This document shows, one piece after another, positions 1 through 10,155 of a stretch of DNA of 64,000 nucleotides (position 1 is its first letter; every line of letters begins with the position of its first letter). The translations under genes and the position numbers were made by a program. Below the pieces are notes generated by a model. The model was not told the DNA's origin. It was given only the letters and a program-made list of their open reading frames with translations, and searched no databases. The DNA comes from Candidatus Brocadiia bacterium (GTDB lineage Bacteria; Planctomycetota; Brocadiia; CAIUPP01), in assembly GCA_050015075.1 (NCBI GenBank), contig JBEKCB010000010.1, forward strand, positions 32,001 through 96,000, read 5' to 3'.

Positions 1-1479
1 CATCCCGGACGGCCGCTGGAATTGCCCGGGGGCCGTGCCGAATGTGCCAAAGGCGAGGAGGAAGTCGTCGCCTTTCGAGAATTTCTGAATCCGGTCATTC
101 GAGCCGTATTCGCAGACGTACCAGTTCTCCTGATCGTCCTGGACTATCGTCACGGGATAAACGAACTCGCCCGGACCGCGTCCCTCGCGCCCGAGCATCT
201 TCAGGACGCGGCCGTGCTCGTCGAAGAAAACGATCCGGTGATAATGCGTGTCCGCTACCGCGATCCTCCCGTCCTTAAACACGCAGGAGCCTTCCGGATT
301 GCCGGCGGTAGTCTCGGGCATCTTCCATTGCCGAAGCAGCGTCCCCGCGTCGTCGTAAACCAGAACTCGCGCCGCCGTATCCAGCACCAGAAGCTCGCCG
401 TTCGGTCCTATACTCATCGCGCGCGGGGCGGGAATCCTCGTTTTCTCCGGGACCATGGGCCACGTGTGCACCTGCGACACGGAAAGCACAGGCTCGCTCG
501 GGCGCGAGCAGGCCGCCAACACGAGCAGCACCAGGCTCAGGAGGAGTTTCAGCACAACGCGGTCGCCCGGCCGCAGGCCGTCCGAAGAAGGCCGGTGCCA
601 GAACCGCCGGACGGAGTCATCCCGCTCGTGCTTCAGGACCACTTCCGCAAGCGCGCCCTTGAAACTGGAGGACTGGACAATCGCCGGACCGTCGGCGGCC
701 GGCTCGACGGCGATCTGTTCAGGCCGGTAGCACCGCGGCTTGGCCTCTTCGCGCTGCAGCCACAGCCGCGACTCCTTCGGCAGCATCCAGTTTGCTTCGC
801 CGAGGCATTCGGCGGCCTCCGGGTTGGGCGGACGCCGATAGAGTCCGTCCACTTCGCCGGCGTAGAGCACTCGCCCCTCTTTCAAGCAGATCACGCGTTG
901 CGCCTCGCCGATCACCATGCGCGGGGAATGGGTGCTGTACACGAGAGACGCGCCGCTCGCGGCCGCCCGCTCCCGGATGACGCGCCAGAACCGGTCCGCT
1001 CGCGCTACGTCCACGCTCGCCAGCGGCTCGTCAATCACCAGCACCGCCGCGTTCGCCAGCAGCGCCCGCGCCGCCGAGACTCTCGACCGCTCTCCTCCGG
1101 AAAGCTCATCCGGGTAGGACGCCGCCTTGTCCTCCATGTCGAACGAGGCCAGCATCTCCGCCACGGCGCTTTCGCCTGCCCCTTTGGGCAGGACGGTCTC
1201 CAGGTGTCGGCGCACGGTCAAGTGCGGCCACAGCCCGCCGTTTTGCGGCACCCAGAAGAGCGGGAGAGAATGGCCCTGCGTCCGCAGCGTGGCGGAAATC
1301 TCGCCCCCGTCGGGCGCCTCGAAGCCGACCAGGAGGTTGAGGAGCGAGGTCTTGCCCGCGCCCGAACAGCCGAGCACCGCGGTGACGCCTTGCCGAATCT
1401 CCAGGGTGATGTCCTGGAGCCGCGCGAGTGAGTTTCCGCCGAGCCGGATGCCGCTCAATCTCCAAAGGGGTTCACCCAT
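1..1479 (-). CDS. ABC transporter ATP-binding protein fused in-frame to a hydrophobic/lipobox segment and an NHL-repeat beta-propeller (3' end runs off the window)
   Basis: Manual translation (missing from the ORF track because there is no stop in the window). ATG at 1479 overlaps the permease end. Walker A GCSGAGKT, signature LSGGE, Walker B VLVIDEP, H-loop STH. Then LKLLLSLVLLVLAAC and NHL motifs (IAVADTHYHRI, GRGPGEFVYP, GTAPGQFQRP). Confidence 0.85.
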   Translation of the reverse strand, partial: MGEPLWRLSGIRLGGNSLARLQDITLEIRQGVTAVLGCSGAGKTSLLNLLVGFEAPDGGEISATLRTQGHSLPLFWVPQNGGLWPHLTVRRHLETVLPKGAGESAVAEMLASFDMEDKAASYPDELSGGERSRVSAARALLANAAVLVIDEPLASVDVARADRFWRVIRERAAASGASLVYSTHSPRMVIGEAQRVICLKEGRVLYAGEVDGLYRRPPNPEAAECLGEANWMLPKESRLWLQREEAKPRCYRPEQIAVEPAADGPAIVQSSSFKGALAEVVLKHERDDSVRRFWHRPSSDGLRPGDRVVLKLLLSLVLLVLAACSRPSEPVLSVSQVHTWPMVPEKTRIPAPRAMSIGPNGELLVLDTAARVLVYDDAGTLLRQWKMPETTAGNPEGSCVFKDGRIAVADTHYHRIVFFDEHGRVLKMLGREGRGPGEFVYPVTIVQDDQENWYVCEYGSNDRIQKFSKGDDFLLAFGTFGTAPGQFQRPSGM

Positions 1480-2884
1480 TGAACTCTGCCCGCAGGAGCA
1501 ACGCCCTGAACCCGGCCGCCGCTCCCAGAAGGATCAGCGGCACACACAGCGCCGCGCAGACCATGGCGGAGAGCACAGCCATCTGGCCGTAATGCATCAG
1601 GTTATAGAGCCGGACGAACACCGGAGTCAGCCGCGTCGGCGCCAGGAGGGAGGAAGCAGTCAGGTCAAAGTAGCCCCAGGAGAACAGGAGGAACAAAACC
1701 CAGAACCGACCGCGGGTCTGGATGAATCGGGAAATCGCCTGGCCGCGACCTCGCACGGAAGCCGAGGTTGATTCCCCAAGAAGCCGCGCCGCGTGAAGCG
1801 CCTCGACGGGCCGATGGATCGTCAGCAGCATCCTCAGCAGCAGCGCAAACGGCAGGAACAGGAGCGTCAGCGCGAGCAACAGCGGAAGGGGAGTGTCGTA
1901 GGCGGCGCGCAAACCAGGGAGTTGAAAAACCGCGAGGATGAGGAGCCCCAATACCAGCGGACCCAGCAGCCCGGGAAAACAAGCCACGAAAGCCCATCCC
2001 ATTCGCTTCCTGCCGTACGACCACGTGCTTGCCACGAGGTAAGCGCACGCCGCGCCGGCAACGGCAAAAATCAGACTCGCCACAATGTCCTTTCCCAGCA
2101 CAAAGTCCTGGAACAGCACGCTGATACCCTGGACCGTGCCGCGCAGGACAATCGTCAACGGCGCCACGGTAACGACGCCGAAATCAACAGCCAGGAAGCC
2201 CCACGCCGACCGGCCGCTCTGCGGCAGATCACGGCTTCTCTCACGGGAAAGCCGATGCGCCGGAGGCCGGATTCCAACGAGGACCGCCATCCCCGCGAGC
2301 AGGATTGCCGCTTCCACGACGGCCGGGAGAAAAACCAGTCGCAGCGACTGCGTCAGTTGCAGCCCGCCGGCATGCGCGTCAAACAAGACCACCGTCCAGG
2401 TCTTGATCCCCACCAGCGACGCGATCTCGAATTCGGTGAAGGCGGAAAGGAAAACGAGCGCAAACGCCGCTCCGCTCGGCCGCGCGGACCCGCGGACGCG
2501 AAAGAGGAAGTCTCGGATTCGCCGCGCGGGGCTGCGAGTCGTCAGAAGGCGATGGCAATGGATCGCCTCGGATGAGAGCGCCGACGGGGCAAAGTACAGC
2601 ACCAGCGCCGCGAGGGGAGCGAGCTTCAGCCAAAGGAGCGCGCCGTAGAACACTTGGTTCCATGCCGGGTGATGCAGCAGCGAGAGCGCGAAGCTGCCGT
2701 ACGCATAACCGACGACGGGCGCCGGAGTCAGGTACGGCGTCAGGAGAAGAAACCACGCGGCGGCCCGTTCTCGCCTGGATGCCGTGACGATGAGATCGCG
2801 GACTAAATGTCCGACGATCAACGCGGCGACAGCGACCGCGAATGCTCGAATCAGAGCCCAGCCGCATTCCGAGGCCAGGCTCAT
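1472..2884 (-). CDS. ABC transporter permease, Fe3+/thiamine-type with two permease halves
   Basis: Highly hydrophobic, with an EAA-like loop (EALHAARLLG). Start placed at the ATG overlapping the upstream stop (ATGA, 2881-2884). Confidence 0.85.
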   Translation of the reverse strand: MSLASECGWALIRAFAVAVAALIVGHLVRDLIVTASRRERAAAWFLLLTPYLTPAPVVGYAYGSFALSLLHHPAWNQVFYGALLWLKLAPLAALVLYFAPSALSSEAIHCHRLLTTRSPARRIRDFLFRVRGSARPSGAAFALVFLSAFTEFEIASLVGIKTWTVVLFDAHAGGLQLTQSLRLVFLPAVVEAAILLAGMAVLVGIRPPAHRLSRERSRDLPQSGRSAWGFLAVDFGVVTVAPLTIVLRGTVQGISVLFQDFVLGKDIVASLIFAVAGAACAYLVASTWSYGRKRMGWAFVACFPGLLGPLVLGLLILAVFQLPGLRAAYDTPLPLLLALTLLFLPFALLLRMLLTIHRPVEALHAARLLGESTSASVRGRGQAISRFIQTRGRFWVLFLLFSWGYFDLTASSLLAPTRLTPVFVRLYNLMHYGQMAVLSAMVCAALCVPLILLGAAAGFRALLLRAEFNG

Positions 2885-3939
2885 TGGACGTACTCGGCTT
2901 TCAACCACGCCAGGCAGGCTTCCGGAGCGCTCCCGAGGGCCGACAATGGATATCCCTCCGCCGCCCAGGCCTTCATTCGGACCACCTCCTCGGGCAAGTC
3001 CGCCTCGTTCACCGGGCCGAGAGGAATCTGCCGGGATTTCGCTCTCGCGAGTGCGACCTCGGTCTCCTGGGAGAGCAGGTAGTCCGCGAGCTGACTCGCT
3101 TCCGCCGGCCGCCGGGTCCCCTCGATAATCGAAACCGTGTTGGGAATGCAGATCGTCCGGCCGTCCTCAAGCCGGATCGGCAGCATCGCCACCGGCTTCC
3201 CGTCGTCTTTGGCCACGAAGAAATCATCGGAGTCGGTATAGCCCAGGTCGCACGTCCCTTCGGCCACCGCGCTCCTGACTTGCGCGTTCCCGGCTACCTC
3301 GCGTATTCCCCTCGCGCGGCAATCCCCGTGCCAGCTCTTCAGCTTCTGCTCTCCCCACAGGTTCCACAGAATGCAGTACTGCGTGAAGGTGGTTCCGTAG
3401 AGCGGTTTGGCGATCGCCACTCGGTCCAGCGGGCCGGCCAGGAAGCCATCCACCGTTTCCTGACTCGCGCGCAAGCGATTCGTGTTGACGATCCAGACGC
3501 GCAGGCGCGCGGCGAAACCGACCCAATGACCGTCCGGGTCTTTGAAGGAGGCCGGAATCCGGTCAAATCCCGGTCCCTTGTAAGGGTGCAGGACGCCGCT
3601 CTTCTGGAGGCGCATCGTGCCGAGGACTTCGTTGTTCCAGAACACGTCGCATCGCGGCGCGGCCTTCTCCTCCAGGATCATCTCGACGAGACCGAGGGAC
3701 TTCGTGGCCTCGGTGTCGTAGCGCACAGCCACGGGGATACCGGTGCGCGCTTCGAAGGCCCGGAGGATCCCATCGGCATAGATCGAATCGTGCGCGCAAT
3801 ACACGACCAGCGGGGCGGGACCGCGGGAGATGAACAGACGATACGAGGCGACCACGACCACGACCAGAACCGCGACGGCGCCCACACGCAGGAGCAGCGC
3901 CCGGTGTTTATCGGCCAGAGGGCTTGGCAACGTCCTCAC
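2881..3939 (-). CDS. ABC transporter substrate-binding protein, Fe(III)/AfuA-FutA-like
   Basis: N-terminal TM anchor; motifs LVVYCAHD, DVFWNNE, GFAARLRVWIVN, DLGYTDSDD, IPNTVSII. Adjacent to permease and ATPase. Confidence 0.85.
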   Translation of the reverse strand: MRTLPSPLADKHRALLLRVGAVAVLVVVVVASYRLFISRGPAPLVVYCAHDSIYADGILRAFEARTGIPVAVRYDTEATKSLGLVEMILEEKAAPRCDVFWNNEVLGTMRLQKSGVLHPYKGPGFDRIPASFKDPDGHWVGFAARLRVWIVNTNRLRASQETVDGFLAGPLDRVAIAKPLYGTTFTQYCILWNLWGEQKLKSWHGDCRARGIREVAGNAQVRSAVAEGTCDLGYTDSDDFFVAKDDGKPVAMLPIRLEDGRTICIPNTVSIIEGTRRPAEASQLADYLLSQETEVALARAKSRQIPLGPVNEADLPEEVVRMKAWAAEGYPLSALGSAPEACLAWLKAEYVQ

Positions 3940-5539
3940 CTACCGTTTCAAAATACTTGCGGATGGCCTCGTGGTAGCCCGGCGGGACCTGTTCCTGCAG
4001 AATGGCTTCGCTGACTCCCTGCTTGACCTCGGAGACTTTCTCTTTGTAGTTCTCTTCGGTGGAGCCAACGTCGGACATTCCCTGGGTCTTCCATTGCAGG
4101 AGGATCTTGCCGGCGGTGAGGGCGGAGCGGGATTGTTCGCTCTTGAAATCGCTCTTGACCGAGTCGTCTTCCGGGCGAGCGCTCGCGGCAAGACCCTCGC
4201 CCTCCGTGCCCATGCCGACCTCCTGCGCTCTCTCCAGAAGCTCGGCGTAGAGCGCGGCGTAGTCTTCCATCCCCTGAAGCGCCTTCCCGGCCTCGCCATC
4301 GAGTTCCCCGGCGTCGTTCAAGCGCTTTGCGAGCTGGAGAGCCCGCAGCGCTTCCTCCAGGGCCTTGAGATCGCGGATGTTCTGCGCAAGACTTGCGACT
4401 TCCAATTCCGTGAGCTTCAGCGACTCCTGGAGCCCCTTCAGCGCGTCGGCCGACAGCCCCGCCGCCCCGGCCTCCGCGAGCTGGTCCAGCGCGCGATTGA
4501 GCGCGGCATTGGCCGGCAGCGAGTTGAGGTCCCTGGCCATGAAGTCCGCCAACGCCGTCATCCGCTCCTTCATTTGCTCCCGGAGCTTGTCCGCGTCATC
4601 GTTCTGCGGCATCTCCGCCAGCTTCTGGGCCAGGTCCTTCAGTTCCTCGAGTTCCTTATTGAGCTTGCGAGCGTCGCCGCGTTCCAACTGCTCCTTCCAC
4701 TCGGCCAGCTTCGGCGGGCCCCCTCCGAACTGCTGGGCGGGCGGCGTCCGATCGAACGCCTCCTTCAGCTTGCGCTCGCCGGCCTGCCGCCAAAGATCGG
4801 TCAGGTTCTTCTGCTCCAGGTTCAAGACCGCGAGGTTCGCCTGCTTGTCCGGCGGCTTCATGGCGTTGAAGGCCGTTTTCAGTTCCGCCAACTGCTGTCC
4901 CACCTCCTTGGAGAGTTCGGCATCCAGCGGCTGCCTCTTCAGCAGGGCGGAGCGGAGTGCGACCTCCTTGCGGCTTTCCTCGAGTTGCTTCTGGCGGTTG
5001 AGGACGCGCTGCCGAGCCTGTTCCCTGCCGAACGGATCTAGTTGCGGGAGGAACAGGACGCCGGCCGTCAGTGCGGCCATCGCGAGCGCCAGGTTTCGGA
5101 ATCCCCGTTTCCACCGAAGCGGGGCGACCTCGGCCGCCCGGATCGAGCCGGCGCGTTCCTCTGCTTCCCGGAGCACCAGCGGCTTGAACTCGCCCAAGGC
5201 CGGCTCGATGAGCAGCGCCGTGAGAAACAGGTCCTTTGTCCCCATGCGCGCGTCCACAAGCCGGGCCGCTTCAGCCGCGGAGGGCCGCCGGGAAAAGATC
5301 AGCGCCAGGACCGGCGCCAGGACCAGCGGCGCAAGCAAAGTGACGGGGGTAAACCGGTTCGGAAGGATCGCCAGTAGTCGGGCGCAGCACAGGAGCACGG
5401 CATACAGCGCGGCGAGAATGAGAAGGAAAAAATGCAGTCGGCGCGCGATCTCCGCCAGCCTTTGCCGGGCGCTTACCCGCCGCAGCAACTGTTCGCTCGC
5501 CCGGCCGGCTTTGGACGGTTTTGCCATCTCGATGGCCAT
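3908..5539 (-). CDS. Membrane-anchored coiled-coil protein (DUF4175-like)
   Basis: Three N-terminal TM segments, long Q/E/K/L-rich helical region, C-terminal EQVPPGYHEAIRKYF motif. Confidence 0.65.
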   Translation of the reverse strand: MAIEMAKPSKAGRASEQLLRRVSARQRLAEIARRLHFFLLILAALYAVLLCCARLLAILPNRFTPVTLLAPLVLAPVLALIFSRRPSAAEAARLVDARMGTKDLFLTALLIEPALGEFKPLVLREAEERAGSIRAAEVAPLRWKRGFRNLALAMAALTAGVLFLPQLDPFGREQARQRVLNRQKQLEESRKEVALRSALLKRQPLDAELSKEVGQQLAELKTAFNAMKPPDKQANLAVLNLEQKNLTDLWRQAGERKLKEAFDRTPPAQQFGGGPPKLAEWKEQLERGDARKLNKELEELKDLAQKLAEMPQNDDADKLREQMKERMTALADFMARDLNSLPANAALNRALDQLAEAGAAGLSADALKGLQESLKLTELEVASLAQNIRDLKALEEALRALQLAKRLNDAGELDGEAGKALQGMEDYAALYAELLERAQEVGMGTEGEGLAASARPEDDSVKSDFKSEQSRSALTAGKILLQWKTQGMSDVGSTEENYKEKVSEVKQGVSEAILQEQVPPGYHEAIRKYFETVGEDVAKPSGR

Positions 5540-5639
5540 CGGATGCCGCTCCCCTCTGTTGCGCTGGAGACTCCTGACGCCTCAGCAAATGGCCTGGCCG
5601 CGCTATCCTACTGCTTCCGCGTGTCGCTGTAAAGCGCCC

Positions 5640-6392
5640 CTATTCGGACGCCGGCTTGGCGGTCGCGCCGGCCTGGGCGGGCTCGGCGACGAAGTCATCG
5701 AACGATGACGCGGCGTCCGCCTTCGACCAGAATCCGACGCCGCCGGCGCCCGTGAAAGTCTTGTCCGTCACCTCGAGCAGCTTCTTGCCATCGAGCCAAC
5801 CTTCCATCTTCTCCCCATGGACCACGATCTTCATCGTGAACCACTCGCCGGTCTTGATGGGCAAGTCGTCGGCGCCGGCCAACTGAACCCGCTTGCCGTT
5901 CTTGACATAATAGAGACGGAAATTGGTCTCCAGCGGGTTGTATCGGGCGACGTAATAGTTCATAGCGTCGGCCGCCCGCCAGATCAGCCCGCCGCCTTGG
6001 TCCTTCTTGCCGGTGTTGGCTCGGATCTTCACTTCCAGCGTGCCGTCCTTCAACTGGACCGCCTGGGTCCAGCACAGGTTGAAATGCCCGCTGGAGCTGT
6101 CCGGGATTTTCGTGATCGAAAGGACGTTGGGCTTGCCGGGAGCATGGTCGTCGGCGACCACCTGCCACTCAGCCGGCTCGCCTTTGGGATTGGTCGCGTC
6201 AACCTTCCAGCCCCTGGGCAACTCGCCCGGCTTCACGTCGTCGAAGGACAGTCTGCACGCTTCACCTGCGCGTTCACTTGCCGAGGCGTTCACCCCGGGA
6301 GCCGACGCGGCGGGCTGGGATGCGTCCATCACTGCCGGCAAGCCCAGCAGACCCGCGGCAACCGCAGTCAACAGCAACCGCGTGAGCCTCAT
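5640..6392 (-). CDS. Exported concanavalin-A-like/DUF1080-type beta-sandwich protein
   Basis: Signal peptide MRLTRLLLTAVAAGLLGLPA; motifs DQGGGLIWR, NYYVARYNPLE, GGVGFWSKADAASSFDDF. Confidence 0.75.
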   Translation of the reverse strand: MRLTRLLLTAVAAGLLGLPAVMDASQPAASAPGVNASASERAGEACRLSFDDVKPGELPRGWKVDATNPKGEPAEWQVVADDHAPGKPNVLSITKIPDSSSGHFNLCWTQAVQLKDGTLEVKIRANTGKKDQGGGLIWRAADAMNYYVARYNPLETNFRLYYVKNGKRVQLAGADDLPIKTGEWFTMKIVVHGEKMEGWLDGKKLLEVTDKTFTGAGGVGFWSKADAASSFDDFVAEPAQAGATAKPASE

Positions 6393-6490
6393 GGAATCAT
6401 CCTTATTACGGGATCAACGGGATGGGCTCTTCATGGCCGCCGACGCCGTTGCCATGAAGAGAGATCCCATGTATCCGCTAAATGCTGCCA

Positions 6491-6574
6491 AACTGACATT
6501 TCCCATTTGACCGTCTTCCAAGGGACAGTCGGCTTTCAAACATGAGATTGTACTCTCGAAGTGTCCGCAGTCAA
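6491..6574 (-). promoter_or_regulatory. Sigma70-type promoter TTGACT-N16-TACAAT plus conserved leader element (copy A)
   Basis: Sense strand: TTGACTgcggacacttcgagagTACAATctcatgtttgaaagccGACTGTCccttggaaGACGGTCaaatgggaaat. Alignable with 51540-51625, 44954-45042 and 30371-30456. Confidence 0.75.
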
Positions 6575-6796
6575 GCAGTTTCTCGGCGGTCAGTCGGCCT
6601 TGAATATCTCCACACGGCCCCGACCACGGCGGACATCGACCTACTGAAGGCACAGCCTCTCCTATCGTCTATTTGACGTGCTCAACCCACGATTTCTTTG
6701 GCAAAAAGACGATTTCCTATAACATGAACGTTCGCAGTGCGTTACAACCTGTCCGGAAGCACGTCTGCGGCGACAGAAGTTTTGTGGCTTACCCCC

Positions 6797-6833
6797 CAAT
6801 ATGCCCTTTGACCGCCTGCGGCAAGCGACGGCC
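6797..6833 (-). repeat. Promoter-less copy of the conserved hairpin element (copy I)
   Basis: Sense strand: GGCCGTCgcttgccgcaGGCGGTCaaagggcatatt, ~75 nt downstream of the last gene of the CHAT cluster. Confidence 0.5.
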
Positions 6834-6906
6834 GTTAACTTCAAGCCGGGTATGGGTGACCCTGAACTCGGTGCTCCATATCAGCCTGCAATTTCAGACG
6901 ATGGTT

Positions 6907-7332
6907 TCATGACTCTCTTCCGGGCGGTTGGTCGCGCAGCTGGTAGTTGTGCCAAGCGATCGTCAGCAGCCATCGCACTTGAAACGCCAAAGTTGCTACA
7001 CCTGCGGCGAAATCACCGTAGTTGAGCAGTTGGCCCGGTCCTACCCCTTTATGAAGTTCGGCCAAGCTAAAATACTCCAACACCGCGTAAGTCGGCAGGA
7101 ACAGCGCGAGAAACACGCAGGCGAGCATCCACAGGCCGCGCTCATGCTTCCATTTCCCGAACGCGCCGCCGCTCGCACCGAGGCCGATCAGGAAAACGCA
7201 TGTGCACAGTCCCAGACCGCTGGACAGGCGGCATCCCAAGGCGAACAGCGCCGCCCCGGCCAGCATGATCCACCGAAAGCGCCGGATCACCCAGTCAACT
7301 GTTTCAGGCTTCAGAAAGAGTGACATCTGCAT
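6907..7332 (-). CDS. Small hypothetical membrane protein (~4 TM), last gene of the CHAT cluster
   Basis: 141-aa hydrophobic ORF starting ~20 nt after the CHAT1 stop. Confidence 0.65.
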   Translation of the reverse strand: MQMSLFLKPETVDWVIRRFRWIMLAGAALFALGCRLSSGLGLCTCVFLIGLGASGGAFGKWKHERGLWMLACVFLALFLPTYAVLEYFSLAELHKGVGPGQLLNYGDFAAGVATLAFQVRWLLTIAWHNYQLRDQPPGRES

Positions 7333-7352
7333 TCCCGCGCGGGATCCGCCAA

Positions 7353-10106
7353 TTATCGGTAATCGCCGTAAAGCACGAACGCTCCCCAGTAATAAGGATT
7401 CTCGTACTTCTTCATCATCGTAAGCTGCGCCTTTTGAAGCGCTTCAGACTTCGTGAGCCCTGCCAGGAGGTTCTTGTAGAAGAGTTCCATAAGCTCTGCG
7501 GTCGCGCGGTCGTCCACGCACCAGAGGCTCGCCAGGACGCTCGGCGTGCCGGCATACAGGAAGGCGCGCGTCATGCCCATGAACTCGAACCCGCTTCCGG
7601 TGACCTCGCCTGTGCCGGTATTGCAGGCGCTCAGGGTAACCAGGCCGGCGTCGAGGTTCAGATCGAAGATCTCCCGCACGGTGAGCACGCCGTTGTTTTC
7701 ATTATCCCCCGCCAGCCGAAGATTCGAGAGCATCGGCTCCGTCTGATCCATGACGCCGTGACAGGCCAGGTGCAGCACGTCGTAACCCGGAGACAGCTTG
7801 ACGAAGGCGCTCTTGCTCGCCTCGGCGCCTCGCAGGAGGACGCTCTGCGGGAATAGCTTCCCCACGGACTCCGCCTCGACCTCCGCGAACTTCAGTACCG
7901 AGCCGGCCTCCACCAGTTGCGGATTGGCAAGGATCAATGCCTTTTCCATCTTCGGTTTACGTTTTGCCTGACAGAACTTCAGGACAGATCCGCTGGGCGC
8001 GCAGGAGATCGAATAATCCTCCAAGAGATAACGCCCGTTCTCGTCCTTCAGGCAGGCGAACGGGACCAGGTTCATGCCGCCGTATGGCACAATGATGATT
8101 TGCTTCGTTTTTATATAGGGCCTGACGGGTTTGAAGAATTCTTTGTACAGTTCTTGACAGGCTTTGTCCCAGTCTGGATCGGCCCGGGCCTTGGCGGCGG
8201 AATTATCGCCGGCTTTCCGGAAACGCTGGCACAGGCGCTGAACTCGATCATACTGAAAGTCCACACCATGAATGACCTGGAAGCTGTCTCGTGTGACAAT
8301 AGCAATGAAACACTCGTCGTCCTCCCCATTGATCCCTGGCCCGGTTTGGCCGGAATACTCGATCAGCGTGGCCTCGCCGAGGATTTCCTGGATCTGCGGC
8401 AACGTCAGCGGGTCCACCCGGGTCAACGACGTGATTTCCTGATCGGCAAGGCGGACATGCGCTTGCACGGTTTCGAGCGCCTGCGACTGGACCGCCAAGT
8501 CGCGTCGGGCGCTGCGAAGCCCATCCGCCTGACCCGTTTTTTGCAGGAGCGCGACTTGATCCTGGAGTTGAGCCACTTGTGTTTGCAGAGCCTGCACTTG
8601 CATGCGCCGCTGATCATTGAGTTGCTCCCGTGTCTGAGTCGTCTTCCCGCCCATGAGAGCCAGGAACGACGCGGCCCTCGCCCGCTCCGAGGTGAGAAAG
8701 ACCTCCTCGTACCGGCCCAGATGCAAGCAGGCCGCTATTACGGAGCCATATGTGAAGCGGAAGCTCTCAAAACTCAAGGCGGCCCGTTTGGCGCGCTCAT
8801 CAATAACCCGGTTCACATCTTTCTCAAAGTTTGTGACCTGCGCCATTGACTGCTCGTATTCGGATTTGAAGTAATGTTGGTCCTTCTCCGGGTCGGGGTC
8901 AACGGGAGGATAACCACATTCGCGCAAGAGCGCATTCTCCTTATCATAATTCTTCATCTCCGCATATCTTAAGGCCATCGTGTACTTGCACAGCGTCGCC
9001 TCCCCGTTCCATCCGTGCTTTTCGGCGATGGCCAGGGCGTGCTCCAACTCGCCGATAGCCAAGTCGTAGCGAAACTGGCCGGACCAGACCCAATAACTGT
9101 TCGCCAGCACATGGTAAGCGTCGTAAAGCGTCCGATCATCGTTGCCCCGCTTTGCCGCTTCCACTGCAGCCAGAGCGTGCTCATGAGCGGGTTTGCCGCG
9201 CGGGCCCCGCACTTCCTCTACCCGGTTGGCGAAGCCATGATACATGAAAATTTGCGCGGCGGCCGCGTGCGCCCGACTTAGAAGGCAAGGGTCCTTGGAT
9301 TTTTCCGCTGCCGTGATGGCGCGCGGGATAAACGCTTCACCCCTGTCGTAGTCATTCATCACAGTGGCGCAATTGATCCGCGCGATCAGGGCCTCTGTGT
9401 GTTCAGGATTGATCGCGATCGCCTTGTCAAGCCAAAGCGCCTCCTGCGACGGCCTTGTGAGTCTGTTATACCCCTGGCTGACGCGGAAAGCTGAATCCGC
9501 CGAAGGCTTGTCCATGAACTCTTTCTCTGCGGCGCGGATGGACTTGGTCGCGTCGTCATTTCTCTTGATCCAGTACTCGACTTCCTGAACCTTAGCCTGC
9601 GCTCCGACGCGCTGGTAGTGCGCCAGCGCGCGAGGCGCGTCATTGGCGCCGGACCGGTCAGGAGTCCAGCGCGGGACGAAACCATAGTAGTAGTCGCCCA
9701 GGAGAATATCCGGTTGAGCAGCGTGAATGCGCACGTAACGCACCTTCGGGTACATCTCGGCGGCTAGGGAGAGAAATTTCTCGCCCTGGACTGTCGCGCC
9801 CGTTTTCATGCAAGAGTCGCCCAGCCGATAGAGCAGTTCGAAGTCCCGGCAACCCAGTTCGTAAGCCTTTTCAAAACTCAAGCGCGCCTTGAACGCGTCC
9901 TCCTCGACAAGCAAGAGCTCGAGTCCGTCGCGGACGCAGTTGTCCCACTTGGGATCATGTTGGCCGATTTCCATATACTCGACGAGGCTGCACTGATATT
10001 CGCATCTGGGCTGGTCCGGCTGGGGCGAGGCGAGACTGCCGCGCATGCAGAAACCGCCGGCGAACAAAACGGCCAATGTGAACACGGCCTTCTTCGCATT
10101 TTCCAC
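7353..10106 (-). CDS. Exported TPR + CHAT (caspase-like, clan CD) protease, CHAT1
   Basis: GTG start with AGGAG RBS; signal peptide; TPR-like helices; SERARA motif; coiled coil; CHAT motifs IIIVPYG, DVLHLACHG, LVTLSACNTG, VLASLWCVDD, NPYYWGAFVLYG. Confidence 0.92.
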   Translation of the reverse strand: MENAKKAVFTLAVLFAGGFCMRGSLASPQPDQPRCEYQCSLVEYMEIGQHDPKWDNCVRDGLELLLVEEDAFKARLSFEKAYELGCRDFELLYRLGDSCMKTGATVQGEKFLSLAAEMYPKVRYVRIHAAQPDILLGDYYYGFVPRWTPDRSGANDAPRALAHYQRVGAQAKVQEVEYWIKRNDDATKSIRAAEKEFMDKPSADSAFRVSQGYNRLTRPSQEALWLDKAIAINPEHTEALIARINCATVMNDYDRGEAFIPRAITAAEKSKDPCLLSRAHAAAAQIFMYHGFANRVEEVRGPRGKPAHEHALAAVEAAKRGNDDRTLYDAYHVLANSYWVWSGQFRYDLAIGELEHALAIAEKHGWNGEATLCKYTMALRYAEMKNYDKENALLRECGYPPVDPDPEKDQHYFKSEYEQSMAQVTNFEKDVNRVIDERAKRAALSFESFRFTYGSVIAACLHLGRYEEVFLTSERARAASFLALMGGKTTQTREQLNDQRRMQVQALQTQVAQLQDQVALLQKTGQADGLRSARRDLAVQSQALETVQAHVRLADQEITSLTRVDPLTLPQIQEILGEATLIEYSGQTGPGINGEDDECFIAIVTRDSFQVIHGVDFQYDRVQRLCQRFRKAGDNSAAKARADPDWDKACQELYKEFFKPVRPYIKTKQIIIVPYGGMNLVPFACLKDENGRYLLEDYSISCAPSGSVLKFCQAKRKPKMEKALILANPQLVEAGSVLKFAEVEAESVGKLFPQSVLLRGAEASKSAFVKLSPGYDVLHLACHGVMDQTEPMLSNLRLAGDNENNGVLTVREIFDLNLDAGLVTLSACNTGTGEVTGSGFEFMGMTRAFLYAGTPSVLASLWCVDDRATAELMELFYKNLLAGLTKSEALQKAQLTMMKKYENPYYWGAFVLYGDYR

Positions 10107-10155
10107 GGCGCTGCTCCTGGTCGTCTCGCTTTCGGCTCAAAAAGCGATCCGACGG

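Noticed and set aside
6580-6790. Short ORFs in the intergenic region upstream of the DUF1080-like gene
   Set aside because: No coding-like composition, RBS or motif. Treated as regulatory or degenerate DNA.
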